Shown here: in pieces, positions 12,701-26,400 of the stretch
Numbering within the stretch: position 1 is the first letter of the stretch
Layout: each line of letters opens with the position of its first letter
NCBI GenBank assembly: GCA_040954595.2
Contig: CM082595.2
Span: 7,420,217 to 7,484,216 of the forward strand
Reading direction: 5' to 3'
DNA from: Balanoglossus misakiensis
Lineage: Eukaryota; Animalia; Hemichordata
DNA: 64,000 nucleotides
Position numbers and translations under genes: made by a program
Notes under the pieces: generated by a model
The model's database searches: none
What the model saw: the letters and a program-made list of their open reading frames with translations, nothing else
What the model was told of the DNA's origin: nothing

Positions 12701-15700
12701 TTAAATCTTACCATTACGGTCGAAGGCAAAAGCATGTGATGTCCCCCAAACGAAACGATACAGTGATACAGAAGTAACTAAACTATTATTTCTCCATTTA
12801 GCAAAAAGTCATTATTTCTTGTTAGAACCAAATTTCGGTCAGAGCATGAGAGATGATTAAATGTATATAAAAATATGGTCCGCGGTGAAATTTCAGTGAG
12901 TAAACCGGCAAATCCAGGCCTGAGCTATAAAATACGTGGAGTAAATACGTTATGATTAAGGGGCGTTTATGAACAGCTGTTCAGGTAGTGTACATGCATA
13001 TACATGCATGAACAGAACAGAAGCTTTGAAGTGTAGCACAACCTTCATGGCGTTAGTTTGGCAAAGATATGTTATTGATGTATATTTAAGTATGGGGATG
13101 TGCAAGATTCTACACTGATTGCTTGTTAGTTTTTGTATTTTTCTATGTGGATGTAATGGGACGTTTTTAGTACATTAACTGTTGTCATCGTCCAATATCA
13201 TTATCCCATTCTGGAAAAAAAACCGAATTGAGCTGAACAGAAAGATACTAATCCTCGATTATGTTATTCGATCAACGACGTAAAAAGGAAACAGTTTGCA
13301 TGCTTATCCCTTTCAAGCCGAAAATGAAACGCCACTTGCGGTTTAGAGCGAAACAAATGCTTTAGAAATAAAAATGTATCACCTTAAACAAAACATAGCT
13401 CAATTTCGTCCCTGTATGTTTTCAACTCTGACTGAAAATAATGTATACAAGTACGTTGTTTATTATCAACTGGTCTGATGAAATAAAATTGATGGTCAGT
13501 ATATTTCTTCAGTGCAGCTCAATCCCCTTTATTGTACATGTTTGATGTTTGTTTAATATCACTTTGTTGATCAGACCAATAATGGGCTCTACTGCGATGA
13601 CTTAGTTTGGATTTCCTCTGAGCTGTGCTGACGTGGCTGTCACGGTCGCTGGTACTTTTATATAGTACGACCTCTATGTTTTGTGCTGCTGGTGTTGCCA
13701 GTGCGCGATATTTACAAAGTACCAAGAAGGTGACAGGGACAGATTTAACGAACTTGGATTGCAATCATACAATTCATTTGATGACTCTCAACGATGGGAC
13801 TATTTTCTGTTCAAATTGGAGGATTTTCTTGACATTTGTTCTTCAATGTTGTCGGTAAATGCATTGGTGTGCAGTATGTTGACCAAGTTTCACACCTAAT
13901 ATAGAAATGGAATTTCACGCCATTTTGGAGGGGATTGTGGAAAATTTGGATGTACATACTGGATTAATATCGGCATAGACACCCAGAAAGAAGGGAACAC
14001 CGCAGCTGCTAGCAGCTGTGGTATTTCTTAGATGACAAGTGGGTTATAATCAGCAAAAACTAGCTCAAAAGCCGCTAGTTTATTAAACATCTCTTCTTTA
14101 GAGAAATTTGCACATGCGTGCATTGATCGACGCTGCATTTCAAAATGGCAGACAGATGCGAGTGAGATGTCAATGATCAGTTGTTGAATCAGAGAGGTAA
14201 CATAAATCACTTCTAATAGAGATAACACAGATGTTCTTTTTCTCTTATATCTTTTAGCACCACGGCATGTCTGGATCCTTTTTTCATGATGTTTGTCATG
14301 TCATCTAAGCCTAACGCAAACCAACCATATTGTGTGTATAATATATACAGTTTTTATGGCATTTGCTCTGGGAACCTGGTATTTTAAGCAAACGCTGCTT
14401 TTTATTGCCAGACAAAAAAGAGAAACAGATATCACAACAAACTAAAACAACCACTAAACATTTAAGAGGAAGAAATTAAAAATGTATTACAGTATTATAG
14501 GCTGGACGGACAGCCATGTTTATCAGTGGGGAAATCATAGTTGGCATCAAATTGATCTTTACATAGTTCGATTCCTTTACGGGTACTGATACCCGGAATA
14601 CTCGCACAGAGTGAAAACCAACAGAGAGGAGAATCTTTCACTTTTGGTTTGTTTGGTGAATATGTTTCTGTGGAACCAACCAACGTCTTTTGCCATATGA
14701 CACGGGAATAAAACAGATCCGTTAAAACAAAAAATAATGAGGATGACATTAAAAATGATCAATTTCCAAATTGTACAGCTTCAATAATCGGTTAACTTGA
14801 TGCAGGTATGTGGCTGTACTCCCTATCATACTACTGTTGAAATACAGACCAACCCGTTGTTGATTTTTCGTCTTTAATTTTTTTAAACTCACATCGATTG
14901 TAGGCATATTTTCTTAGATTGCCAGCTATCGTTTTTGTGTGAATATAGACCTATAAGCCGCCTGCAGTAAATAATTACCTGTGATGTGCACTACATTAAC
15001 TGAATTTTCATCAGCTGACTGAATGTACATTAATATAGGCTTGATTGTCTCGGTTACACGTTCGAGCTACTTCATCTCACACATATGTCAGTTCGCATTA
15101 CCGCTATACCATACCCCAATTTCCAGACAATGTGGTTTAGGTGCATAAACTGCCCGGGTTGATCTTGTATATGCAAGGCAACAAAATAATAATTCACGTG
15201 CACACCGGTACAAACACCAACCCCCCCCCCACACACACACGTGTGTATTCAAGGATTATTCCCTTAGGGAGATAACCGCCCCCCCCCCAGGGGAAATGCC
15301 AACTTGGGTAATACTATTGCCGGGTCTGAACTAGGAATTGGGACTTAAAGACAGAAACTGAAACTTTTGATAGTTTCACTGTTTTGATCTGCGCAACAAC
15401 TACATGTATTGAGTAAGAGTTCCTTGTTCTACTTGATGAAATCTGCTGAAAGCCAAGTATATTCTGCTTGCCAACAAAGGATTATACAAGTGCACTGTGA
15501 TTGTTTACATTTTTTTTCCGAAAAATGTCAGCTGTCTAGACTAACAATGGACATGTCCACATGTTGAAGGTTGTAGGCAATGGAATCACAGAAAAGATCA
15601 CAATATATGATATCAAAACATTACAGTTTCAGTCCTTTGAGAAAGTATTGATACCCATGCAAGTAACACCACGACCATACTTAGGCTTAAACTCCCCGTC

Positions 15701-16141
15701 CTGCAATCATGCATGAGTCCACTACTCAAGTCAACGTCATGCGTATTCATTTAATGTCAAAAATACTAGTAGTCTATATGTACTCATCAATTGATTGTGA
15801 ATGCCAGTGAGATCAGACTTTTGACGTCTATACCCTGGTACTTGAGTCAAAGAAGGTGAATTAAAACAAAATTGCAGTACCTGTCTGATAATGTCAAAGG
15901 TCAACACAAACGATTAAACTTTTATCGAAATGACTTTTTCCATAATTGGCATATGCTATTCCCATGTAGTTATTTTATTAAGTATGCTACATGAAACCGA
16001 AACAAATAATCACAGTTTTTACGAGGACACAGGTGGTGTTCAACATTGCGTATTTTCAGAAGATCCGTTTTCTATTTTATCGAATAACAAATTCACACAC
16101 AGGAATCTAATACACACGAAAAGCTCCAAGTGATATCTTCA

Positions 16142-18897
16142 TTAGGGGCACAAGCCTATCGGGCTTGTGCCCCTATTGGTATTGTTGGAATATTTAGGGC
16201 CCAAGCGCTTGCTTGCGCTTGGGCCCTATTGGTTTCGTTGGGGTTTTTCTTTCTTTCTTTCTTTCTTTCTTTTTTCTTGTGTCAATTCTTCGGCCAACTA
16301 AATCTCTGAAACTACTGCAGGTACACTGCTCAAACTTGCTACAGTGGTCAAGGTCTATGAGTAGATGTGCAGTGACTTGTGAATACTTAATTAGTCACGT
16401 GACCTGGCGGCCATATTGGATTTTCTGAAAAAATGCAAATCTCAGATCTCAGAAACTACAAGTCAGATCGACTTCAAATTTGGCATGCAGGTAGACTACC
16501 TTCTACCTATCATTTTTGTAATTGGAAATTTTGCTGTCAATGTTGCAGTTTTTTTGCTACAATTTTTTTTCTGAAATCTGGCTTAAATTTCAAAAATCTT
16601 CTTCTCCAGAACCGGTGATAACTGAGACACGGGGTTTGGGGTATGTGGTCACCTAACTGATGTCTATCAAGTTTGCGAAGATCATTGTGATTGGTCGAAG
16701 ATTATGGCGGCCATATTGGATTTTCGAAAAACCATAGTTAAACTGCAAAAATCTTCTTCTCCAGAACGGGCTATGATTGAGTCGCAAGATTCGAGGAGTA
16801 TGGTCACTACACTGATGTCTATCAAGTCTGCAAAGAGCATTGTGATTGGTCGAAGATTATGGCGGCCATATTGGATTTTGTAAAAAGCAGTGAAAATTTG
16901 AAATTCCTTTTTCTAGTCTAAAAATTGATAGCATACAAATTCTTTTTATGTATATCAATCGTCATATGACTACAATATGTTACAAATTTTTGGCGATTTT
17001 TCACATGACCTTTGACCTACTTATCACGCGTTATTATTTCTGCATATCTAATTCCAGGCTAACCTGTAGGGCTAGACGTTTGGTTTTTGATGAATGTGGA
17101 TTAGTGTGTGATCAAAATATTTTGCTACTTTTCATGACCCCTTTGACCTCTGCTGACCTCATTAATTATGTGCATAGCTAATTACAGGCGAACCAATAGA
17201 GCTAGAGGTTTGGTTTTTGTTGGACATGGACCAGAATGGGATCAAAATTTTTTGCCCAAATGTTGCGTGACCTCTGGTGACCTTTGACCTACTTTCGCAT
17301 ATCTCAGCATCCAGAGCAGATACAGCCATGGCATTTGGTAGGATGGGACCAAAATGTAAAGCCACATTTTTGGGTCACCTGTTACACCTGCTGACCTCAT
17401 TAAATATGCACATACCTAATTACACGCAAACCAATAGAGCTAGAGTTTCGGTTTTTGTTGGACATGGACCAGTATGGGTAAAAAAAAATTACCCAAATGT
17501 TGGGTGAACTCAGGTGACCTTTGACCTACTTCACCCTATTTCAGCAGCAAAAATACACACATCCTTGTTATGTCATGAGATAATACATCCGATAGAAAAT
17601 TCTGTTTCTTCTCATTCACACTGTGCATATATAATTCAAGATCAGCGCTTGGGCCCGACAATGCTGCTTGCAGCTTTAATTCTTCTTATTCTTCTTCTTC
17701 TTCTTCTCCAAAAATCGGCCAGGTAGATCTGGAAAACGGCAGCACCTAGGGGGCTGAAACTTGGTAGGGTGATAGGGGCCAATGAGTAGACGTGCAGTGG
17801 CTCGTGAATATTTAATTAGTCACGTGACCTGGCGGCCATATTGGATTTCCTGAAAATCGTTAAACAAGTCCTTCTCAAAAACTACTGGGCCAATCGAGTT
17901 CAAATTTGGTGTGCAGGTAGTCTACCTTCTGTCCATCATTTTACCCTATTGAAATCATGACGTCACACTTACCATTTTTTTGCTACAATTGTTTTTCTGA
18001 AAAACTACTTAAAACTTTAAAAATCTTCTTCTCCAGAACCAGCGGTTACCGAGTCTCGGGATTTGGGATATGTGGTCACCTAACCTATGTCTATCAAGTT
18101 TGCGAAGCGCACTGTGATTGGTCGATCATTATGGCGGCCATGTTGGATTTTCGGAAAACCATTGAAAAGTGATAATTCCGTTTTGTAGCCAAAATGTTGA
18201 CAGCATGGAAATTCTTTTATTGGATATGAGTCATCATATGACCGGAAGTTGTAACAATTTTTCAGGGCAATTTTCACATGACCTTTGACCCAGTTCTAAA
18301 ACAACTAATTATATATGCATATTCCCCATACCTCCTCTTGTCAAAGCACCACAGTCATGAATTTTGTGGACATGGGTACCCATGCTGCCAGGACATGACA
18401 CAAATATTTTGGTAATTTTGACAATGACCTTTGACCTATTTCTGAAACATCATTTTTCTGCATATCTAATTCCATGCTACCCAATAGGGCTAGAGGTCTG
18501 GTATTGGTTGGACATGGCCCACTCTGGGGTCAAAATTTTATGCCCTAATTTTGGGTGACCTTGGATGACCTTTGATATACTTTCCCATATCTCAGCATCC
18601 ACAGCAGTTAGAGCCCTGGCTTTTATGGGGATTGAGCACATAATGGAGTCTTACACAAGACCTCATTAATTATGTGCATACCTAATTGCAGGCGAACCAA
18701 TAGGGCTAGGGGTCTGTTTTTTTGTTGGATCTAGACTAGTATGGGGTCCAATTTTTTTGCCCAAATTTGGGGTGACCTCAGGTGACCTTTGACCTACTTT
18801 CCCATATCTTGGTATCCCCAGCAGATACAGCCGTGGCATTTGCTGGTCACCATGGGAACCGCTTGTGCCCCGCCAACGCTGCTTGCAGCTTTAATTT
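16142..18897 (+). mobile_element. Non-autonomous Helentron-like element C, host of nested element D
   Basis: 5' stem-loop TAGGGGCACAAGCC...GGCTTGTGCCCCTA (16143-16175). 3' subterminal GCTTGTGCCCC (18861-18871), hairpin GCTGCTTGCAGC (18878-18889) and TTTAATTT. Internal repeats are the reverse complement of those in A/B. Confidence 0.7.
16193..17681 (+). mobile_element. Non-autonomous Helentron-like element D, nested in C
   Basis: 5' stem-loop TAGGGCCCAAGCGC-ttgctt-GCGCTTGGGCCCTA (16195-16228) followed by (TTTC)n. 3' GCGCTTGGGCCC (17645-17656) plus hairpin GCTGCTTGCAGC (17663-17674). Confidence 0.7.
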
Positions 18898-19413
18898 AAC
18901 ATTGCTTTTGGGTGGGGTTTTTTCACGTGAAATACCGGGCCAAATTTGTCAACACTTCCGGTCTGTAAAATCTGTGCATACTGCATGAGGCCTTGTTTGC
19001 AAGTTTTGTAATACTTGTGATTGGAAACAAGTCATTTCCAGTGAGTGCTACAAAATGGCAGGAATTTGCCCATTCGTTGATTTGTAATTATATCTCCGAC
19101 AGTACCAGGATACAAGTTTTATTCACGAATTTTTGCTGCAGCGACGCAGAGTGTCTCATATATGGTTGTTGTGTGAAATTTGAATGTGTGTAGTTTTGAT
19201 GAAATATTTTATTAAAGAAATCTTCTCTGTAATCACTTGATACTTTGAAATGTTATGTGCCTGGGTGTGATTTGAATCAGATGTTGAAATTACTATACAA
19301 GCTGCAATAATGGTAATTTGAGGGAGGTGTTGCCATTTTTGGTCAAAAATCTTCTTATAATCCACATGTGAGATAACCTTGAAATGTGGTATTAAACTTA
19401 ATTTTAAATTTAA

Positions 19414-19415
19414 AT

Positions 19416-19466
<51 letters not shown>

Positions 19467-19469
19467 TTC
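19414..19469. repeat. (ATTT)n microsatellite
   Basis: Directly visible. Confidence 0.9.
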
Positions 19470-19614
19470 ACGAACCAACAGGTTGCCCCAATAACAGGTT
19501 CATTTAAAATAAAAGACTGTACATAATAAAAAAGGATTAATAAAAAAAAGCTCAATAACAACAGACAAACAAATAAACGTAATGACAAGACATTGACGCA
19601 AAAACATTTATTTG

Positions 19615-20305
19615 AAAAATCGCGTTAAGGACACAGTGGTCCCATAGAGGGATTACACACAAAAAAGTGTACACCGGTGTACTTGGCCTTATCACATGAA
19701 CTGGCCCTGATCACCAGTCGTGGTTTTCGCGGAAGCGTACAACTTCTCGCCTGTGGCTCGAAGTTGCACTGCTCGCGAAAACCACTCGTATACGATGACG
19801 TCAAACAAAGAAAGATATCATGGGATTATATGTAAATATACAGACAGACAGACAGACGCACACATAGCGAGAGATCAATGGGCAAGCACTGACTGACCCA
19901 TAAGCTGCCAATTATACTGTACACTAAATAGAACAGCTGGCCTCTTTAAAACTTAGCCAGTTATGTAATCATTCAGGAATTTCCTGTGTATATAAACAAC
20001 TCAATAAAGAAATACACACCACTTCGCAAAGCAATCTGACCAGTAGTTCTTGAGTTACTGAGTTTTGACCAAATTCACATTTTTCCAGCCAATTTGCATA
20101 TTTTTTGGCAATGACAACTTCATTTGAACAAACTCCCATCTACAGCCCAGCCTGCATCTGCACACCAAATATCAAGGTGATACACGCAGCGGTTTTCAAG
20201 TTTTTGATGTGGACGGACATACAGACATACATCCATCCATAAATCCATACATACAGACGCAACCGATCCCATAAGGTCCCATGGTACATACCAATGGGAC
20301 CTAAA
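19615..20305 (-). mobile_element. Helentron-like element E (ATGGGACC subfamily), internally deleted
   Basis: Stem-loop AGGTCCCAT...ATGGGACCT (20274-20302), a (CATA/CATC)n tract and far-end GGTCCCAT (~19638-19645). Reverse-complement homolog of 26083-27275 at both ends. Confidence 0.6.
19689..19835 (+). mobile_element. Internally deleted copy of the long-hairpin element at 20364-21267
   Basis: First ~28 bp identical to 20364 onward, joined directly to the sequence found at ~21149-21267. Confidence 0.7.
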
Positions 20306-20363
20306 AAATCATTCAGAAAAAAGGAGTTTGTATAAAGCATGTCGAAAACTGGTATATTTGTAG

Positions 20364-21267
20364 TTATCACATGAACTGGCCCTGATCACCACCTGTGTGA
20401 CGTAGACCAGGACAGATCAAAAATCCTGATCACCCCTGTGTTACGTCATCAACCGGAACTATTTCCACCGATTCGCCGTAGCTTTGTTGTCAAACAGAAA
20501 CAGTACGTGTAGCGCGCGGCATTTACAATACAGAAATGAAATAAAAAAATTACGGTTCCATGACAATAACGCTTTGTAAGCTCAAAACAGAAAGGTGGAA
20601 TTTGGAAAGAAGACAGTCGACGCAACGATCATGGACGATCGTGGCTGTCAAAGTTTTGGGTCAGGTGTACATAGCCTAGGCTAGGCGCAAGTCCGGTACG
20701 TTCCGAGTCGAATCAGCGTGGGGAATTGTTTCGAGCCAGTTCAGCGTGACGACTGAACCTCTCTATTGCACCGGTCAACGAAATGTATAAGACGTGGCAA
20801 CAGGTTGCAGTAAAATTGTTAGAGAATCGATTACATTTGTGTAAGGCCGAACTTCGAGCGAACGGAACTCAACGGGACGACTTGTTGGGAGATTTTATGA
20901 ATGATCAGCGATAGTTCACCATTTGCGTATATGCAAATGATGAACTATCGCTGATCATTCATAAAATCTCCCAACATATATCTCCTGGGGGACATAATCC
21001 CGCTCAGTAAAATACGACACCGCTCCAAAATGGTTGCAAGGTACTGAATTGTTTTAGTCCTGCCTCTTCTAACGAAAAATAAGAAGACTGTTCATGTGAT
21101 AAATATATAATCCCATGATATCTTTCTTTGTTTAACGTCATCGTATACTCGTGGTTTTCGCGGAAGCGTACAACTTCTCGCCTGCGGCTCGAAGTTGCAC
21201 TGCTCCGCGAAAACCACTCGTATACGATGACGTCAAACAAAGAAAGATATCATGGGATTATATGTAA
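20364..21267 (+). mobile_element. Non-autonomous element with asymmetric inverted repeats and a long terminal hairpin (Crypton-like, family uncertain)
   Basis: TTATCACATGAAC (20364-20376) inverted at 21090-21102, immediately followed by an imperfect hairpin with ~70-bp arms (21105-21263). Confidence 0.55.
20883..20976. repeat. 94-bp near-perfect palindrome
   Basis: 47-bp arms, no loop, 2 mismatches. Confidence 0.9.
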
Positions 21268-22114
21268 TTACCAAATATATCAACATTTTCCTAGTGACAG
21301 ATAGAATTAAAATAAGTCTTGGATCGCGATGAAAATGAGTGTTTCATGACATTCGTACGTGATGATACTATTCTAAAAAGATTAGTCCGTCGCGAAGTAA
21401 AAACAGGAATGTTAAAATTGATTTGTGCAAGCACATCAGGTACTCTGTAATAAGATTGCTGGATTTTAAAAAAGAAACATTGTGTCTAAGAATTTATGCC
21501 TGTCCTGAAGTGTAGGCAGGCGGAATTTATAATATAAATTATTATACATATTGTCCCTTGAATAAGCCACTGATGAACGCAAGCAGAGATAGGATGGTCT
21601 CAGGATGATCTACCTGACCTTTGATCAAATAACGACATAATCTATCATATTGTAGTTTACAACAGTTTTTGTTTAAAAAGTCTTCCAAAGGTCAAACTTC
21701 AAAAATGCATGTGTCTAGTTTTGAAGTTTGGTGTGTAGGTCCCGTGGATTGTAAGTCAAGTTTCCTCAAATGGTGACTACGTTTGCTTTAAGTTTTACAT
21801 TTTAAAACACAAAATCATGTATTTCACCAAACAATGCAATACATTACTGTCTTTGTACGACATAACATTTTGGCCTTTAAACTCTGCTGTCAAGTCTATC
21901 CGCGTCTTAATAGAAATCCATCATTAATTTTTTAAATAGTTTCTTGTACAGTATCACTGGGGAGCTGTATCGGCTTCTAGGTAGCTTTTGAAAACATATA
22001 CGTTCCAATTTTTCACTAAATCAATTTGTCCAAATGTTAAGGGGTCGTCCCTCTCCCCATTGGCTGTTTTGTTTTCGGTGAAATATTGGCTGGTACATGC
22101 GCAGTCTGGTTGGC

Positions 22115-22190
22115 AGTAGCATAAAAGACCACGTATTGAACGTGTCCCTCACACTGGTGGTGAAGCAAGAGGAGGCGGCAAGTGACTGAG
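22115..22190 (+). promoter_or_regulatory. Probable core promoter and non-coding first exon of the arylsulfatase gene
   Basis: TATA-like CATAAAAG at 22121, about 30 nt before an initiator-like TCACA. Donor GAG|GTAAAT at 22190. Acceptor ttgcag at 23452, just upstream of the ATG. Confidence 0.45.
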
Positions 22191-23468
22191 GTAAATTTAG
22201 ACTTTATTCTTTTGTTCGTGTATCCATGCTGAATCTATACAACTATCGTTTCGGTATTAACACACAATTCTGTCCATGTTGGCCAGCTTTTCAATACCCC
22301 AGATCATTTAAGGTTTTTGTGGACCTGTCCTAACCGTCACTAAATTTACATTTCTAATCCGTTTGGGCAGGTTTTTTCACACGTACAATTTTACGAATTT
22401 TGAGTTTTGTCATTAAGACATCACTATGATGTTTTCAAATCATATCAAATGATGCTAGACCTGTATCAGTCCTTTGAGAGCCAAACTTCGAGAGCGCATA
22501 TTTGAAACCATTGAGAATGCAGCAAATTCAAGTCTTTTTGGTAACAGGTCCTGAACTCTGGGAGACTTTGCTACTTCGTTTACCTATTGCCAATGCTTAT
22601 TACTTGAAAATGGAGTCCATGTTTAAATTTACTACCAGATATTATTGAGAGTACATGTATATGTAAATCTCTTTATTAGCAGAGCTTGAGCTTCGAGAGA
22701 CTTTGCTTTTGTTAACAGATTTGATTGAGTATATGATGGAAAGTTTAATTATTAAAGGAAGTTAATATTGTTGATAGTAGAGACATTTAGTTACACGTAA
22801 TAACGCATACACAGGAAGTGGCGTAGCTTATGTAAGTGCCAAGTGTATTTTCGGTTTAGTTGCGCATTTTGAATAAAAACTTAAGGAATGGACAATTCAT
22901 ATCATTTTCGCTTAAATTCTATGAACATTCTCTAAGATCACCACCCTTGCCATCTGTTGCTTGACTGCCATGGAAATATATTAAGTGAAATTTAGCGATG
23001 TCTTTGTCAAAGTGACCAGTGAAAATATAGGTATAAATAATTGTGATAATGTTTGGAAAACAGGAAATACATGTACTGTTGGTTTTGGCACATACAGCAG
23101 TAATCGTCCAGATAATATGGATGCTGGCTACATCACAATTGCAATTTCAGAGATCAATCGCCCAAATTTAATAATATGCAATTGTCAAGTGAACCTTCTA
23201 CGTACCAATTACTTGAGTTTGGTTCAGGTGAAAATGAATATGATGGATGGACATACCTTGATACAATCATAATGTGGTGTTATATGTGTGCCAATTGTAG
23301 TTGTCGAGATTCAATTTATGTTGCCACAATCCTCCCTGGTTTTCTGACGTTTTGAAGCTAATCACTCTCATAATAATATGGGAAAAACAAGCCTGTTAAG
23401 TCGCATTTTGTGAATATGTAATGCTTTTAGAAACTGTTTGTTTTGCTTGCAGTGCCTGCGAAGCAAAT

Positions 23469-26400
23469 ATGGCAGCTATTGTGCGATTCATTCTCCTCAT
23501 AGTTGTCTGTCATATGACCATAGCCAAGCCAAAACATGGTAAGGTAGTTCAGACTGACTTGGGGAAATATCTGTGTATGTTATTTCTCGTTTTGACCTGT
23601 ACATGCCTGTAAACATCTGAATATATGTGTAATGTAAATAGCACAGCTGTATGTGGACTTGATATTATGTTTTACTAACTTTTTTCCATGTTCAGAGGAA
23701 AGAAGTCTCAGTTTTTCGTCATCCAGAGAAGAGAAGACCCCAGAAATGGTACTGATAATGTTTTATAACATATATACTTTATGGTCTGATTGCATTCAAG
23801 AGATTGCAATTGTGCACATTCATATTTCGGGAGTTTCTCGAATATCACGTATTAGGCTCCATGGTTATCAGCGTATGTTGAGCACTACACCGTGCTTACA
23901 ACAACTTGATTCATTGTTAATAGGTAATTCAAACATGCCCTGATTCATTGTTAATAGATAATTCGAACGTGTGGTTACCTGCAGGATCACATATCAAAAC
24001 AGGAGTTCAACGTTGGACCAAATACCAAACTCAACCTGGCATAAACATTGTGTAAGAACAAATGCTAAAGTGATGTCAAGATTCACAGCAATGAGATTGA
24101 TATGATTATGTGTTTTATACTCTCGTTACAGAAACAACCACATATATTCGTAATCATGACCGATAATTCAGGTAATATATCATTGTTAAGTAATATATGT
24201 ATCCTTCATTTGAATTTCTATGAATTATAATGTTCTTAGCTCTCCATTTCAACATAATTATACAATGACAAGAGTTTACTTGATATAATAATAATAATAA
24301 ATAATAATAATATTTATTTCTTATATAGTGCATTACAAAATGGAATAAAATCTCAATGCGCTTTACAACATGATAAAAAGTACACTAAAAAATACAAACT
24401 AAAAAAAAAATAATAATTCGACATAGAAACGCTAAAAGGGTATATAAAAGTTGTAAAATGTGTAAAAGAATTAGTGTATAAATGCTTTCATAAAAAGATG
24501 GGTTTTAAGTTGTGTTTTAAAAGAAGACAGGGAAGGTGCATTTCTAATTGAAGCGTCAAGGGAATTCCATAGACTGGGAGCAGCTGCCGAAAAAAGCTCT
24601 TTTACCATAATGCTCCTGGTTAAAACGAGTCTCAACAAGTTTTGTGGCATTCGCAGAACGCGTCAATCTACTTGGCTTGAAAACAACAAGAAGATCTGAC
24701 AGATAGGTTGGCGCTTGGCCACAAAGACATTTGTATGTAAGAATAAGAACTTTGAAATCTATTCGATGGATGACAGGGAGCCAGTGTAACTCTTGAAGGA
24801 ACGGCTTGATGTGTTGGTTTTTTTTTGTGCGAGTCACTAAACGAGCAGCTGAGTTCTGCATGTGTTGTAACCGGTTAATGAGATACTCAGGAAGATGAAT
24901 GTACAAGCTATTACAGTAGTCAAGACGTGATGTTATGAAGGCGTGAATTAATCTTTCAGTAGTTTTTCTATCTAAAACGTTACGGATACGACCTATGCGA
25001 TTTAAAACAAACGAGGCTGACTTACAGACTTGCATAATTTGAGTTTGAGCTAAAACATCACTGTCAAAATAAAAGCCAAGGTCTCTGACAACGGCTGGTG
25101 ATTAGGGGTGGGGTGATTAGGTCTGTACCGACACGTAGTCCGGGTAGCGGTGTAAAGGGTCTGAATTTCGAATGACAATGAATTAATTCTGTCTTTAGTG
25201 TCATTTAAACAAGCTTGTTCACGGCCATCCATTTGCGAATCTCGTCCACGCAAGATTCAATCTGCAACTTTGAATGATCAGCTCGCTTGCAGGTTAAGTA
25301 AACTTGTGTATCATCAGCATACATCATAAAGATTATTAAGTGTTTTTCCATGATGTCCTCAAGGGGGGCACAATAGAGTGTTAATAATAACGGCCCCAAC
25401 ACACTGCCTTGTGGAACTCCATATAAAAGTTCACACGGTTCAGAAGAGACGCCATTAACCATTACACTCTGAGTACGTCCTTTTAGGTATGACGCAAACC
25501 ACTCCAGTACTTGTTCTTTGACGCCAAAGCGAGTCTCCAACCTCCTCAAAAGAATGTCATGGTCAATGGTATCAAACGCAGCACTCAAGTCTAAAAGAAC
25601 AAGAATCACCTCCGAATGACTATCGATAGAAATTACAATGTCGTTTTGTACCTTTAGCAAAGCCGTTGACAATGGTGTATGTAGAGTCATTGGCTCAACA
25701 GTTCATCAAGTTTACAAGTGTATGATTGCAACAAAAGAAATCTATCATTATATTTCAAGTGACTACCTGTTTTCATATTTAAGAATATACTTTGCATGGT
25801 TAGAAAACATACTCTACAGTTTTTTTGTTCAAATATCTCAAATTGAAAAATACTGATCTTGTTCAGTAAGTATAAAATAAAAGAAAGAACAAATTATAAG
25901 GATATTGGTCAGATAACTTTGTGTTTACTTTTCATTTGGCAGGCTACGCTGACGTTTCATGGAATGATCAGATTGGAGTTATGAAAACACCAGTGTTGGA
26001 AAGTTTGGCCAGAAGTGGGGTTATTTTAAATCAGACCTATGTACAACCCATTTGCACACCGTATGTACTATTCACAAATTTATTAGGTCCCATTGGTATG
26101 TACCATGGGACCTTATTGGATCGGTTGTGTCTGTATGTATGAATGTATGGATGGATGGATGGATGTATGGATGGATGTATGGATGTACGGTATGTCTGTA
26201 TGTCCGTCCACATCAAAAACTTGAAAACCGCAGCGCGTATGACCTCGATATTTGGTGTGTAGATGCAGGCAGGGCTGTAGATGGGAGTTTGTTCAAATGA
26301 AGTTGTCATTGCCCAAAATATGCAAATTAGTTGGGGAAATGTGAAATTGGTCAAAACTCGAAAACTCGACAACCACTGGTCATATCGATTTGAAAATTGG

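Noticed and set aside
13790-14027. Hairpin ACCGCAGCTGC-TA-GCAGCTGTGGT as a rolling-circle element end
   Set aside because: No matching opposite end identified. The same applies to fragments near 21490-21990 and 35610-35800.
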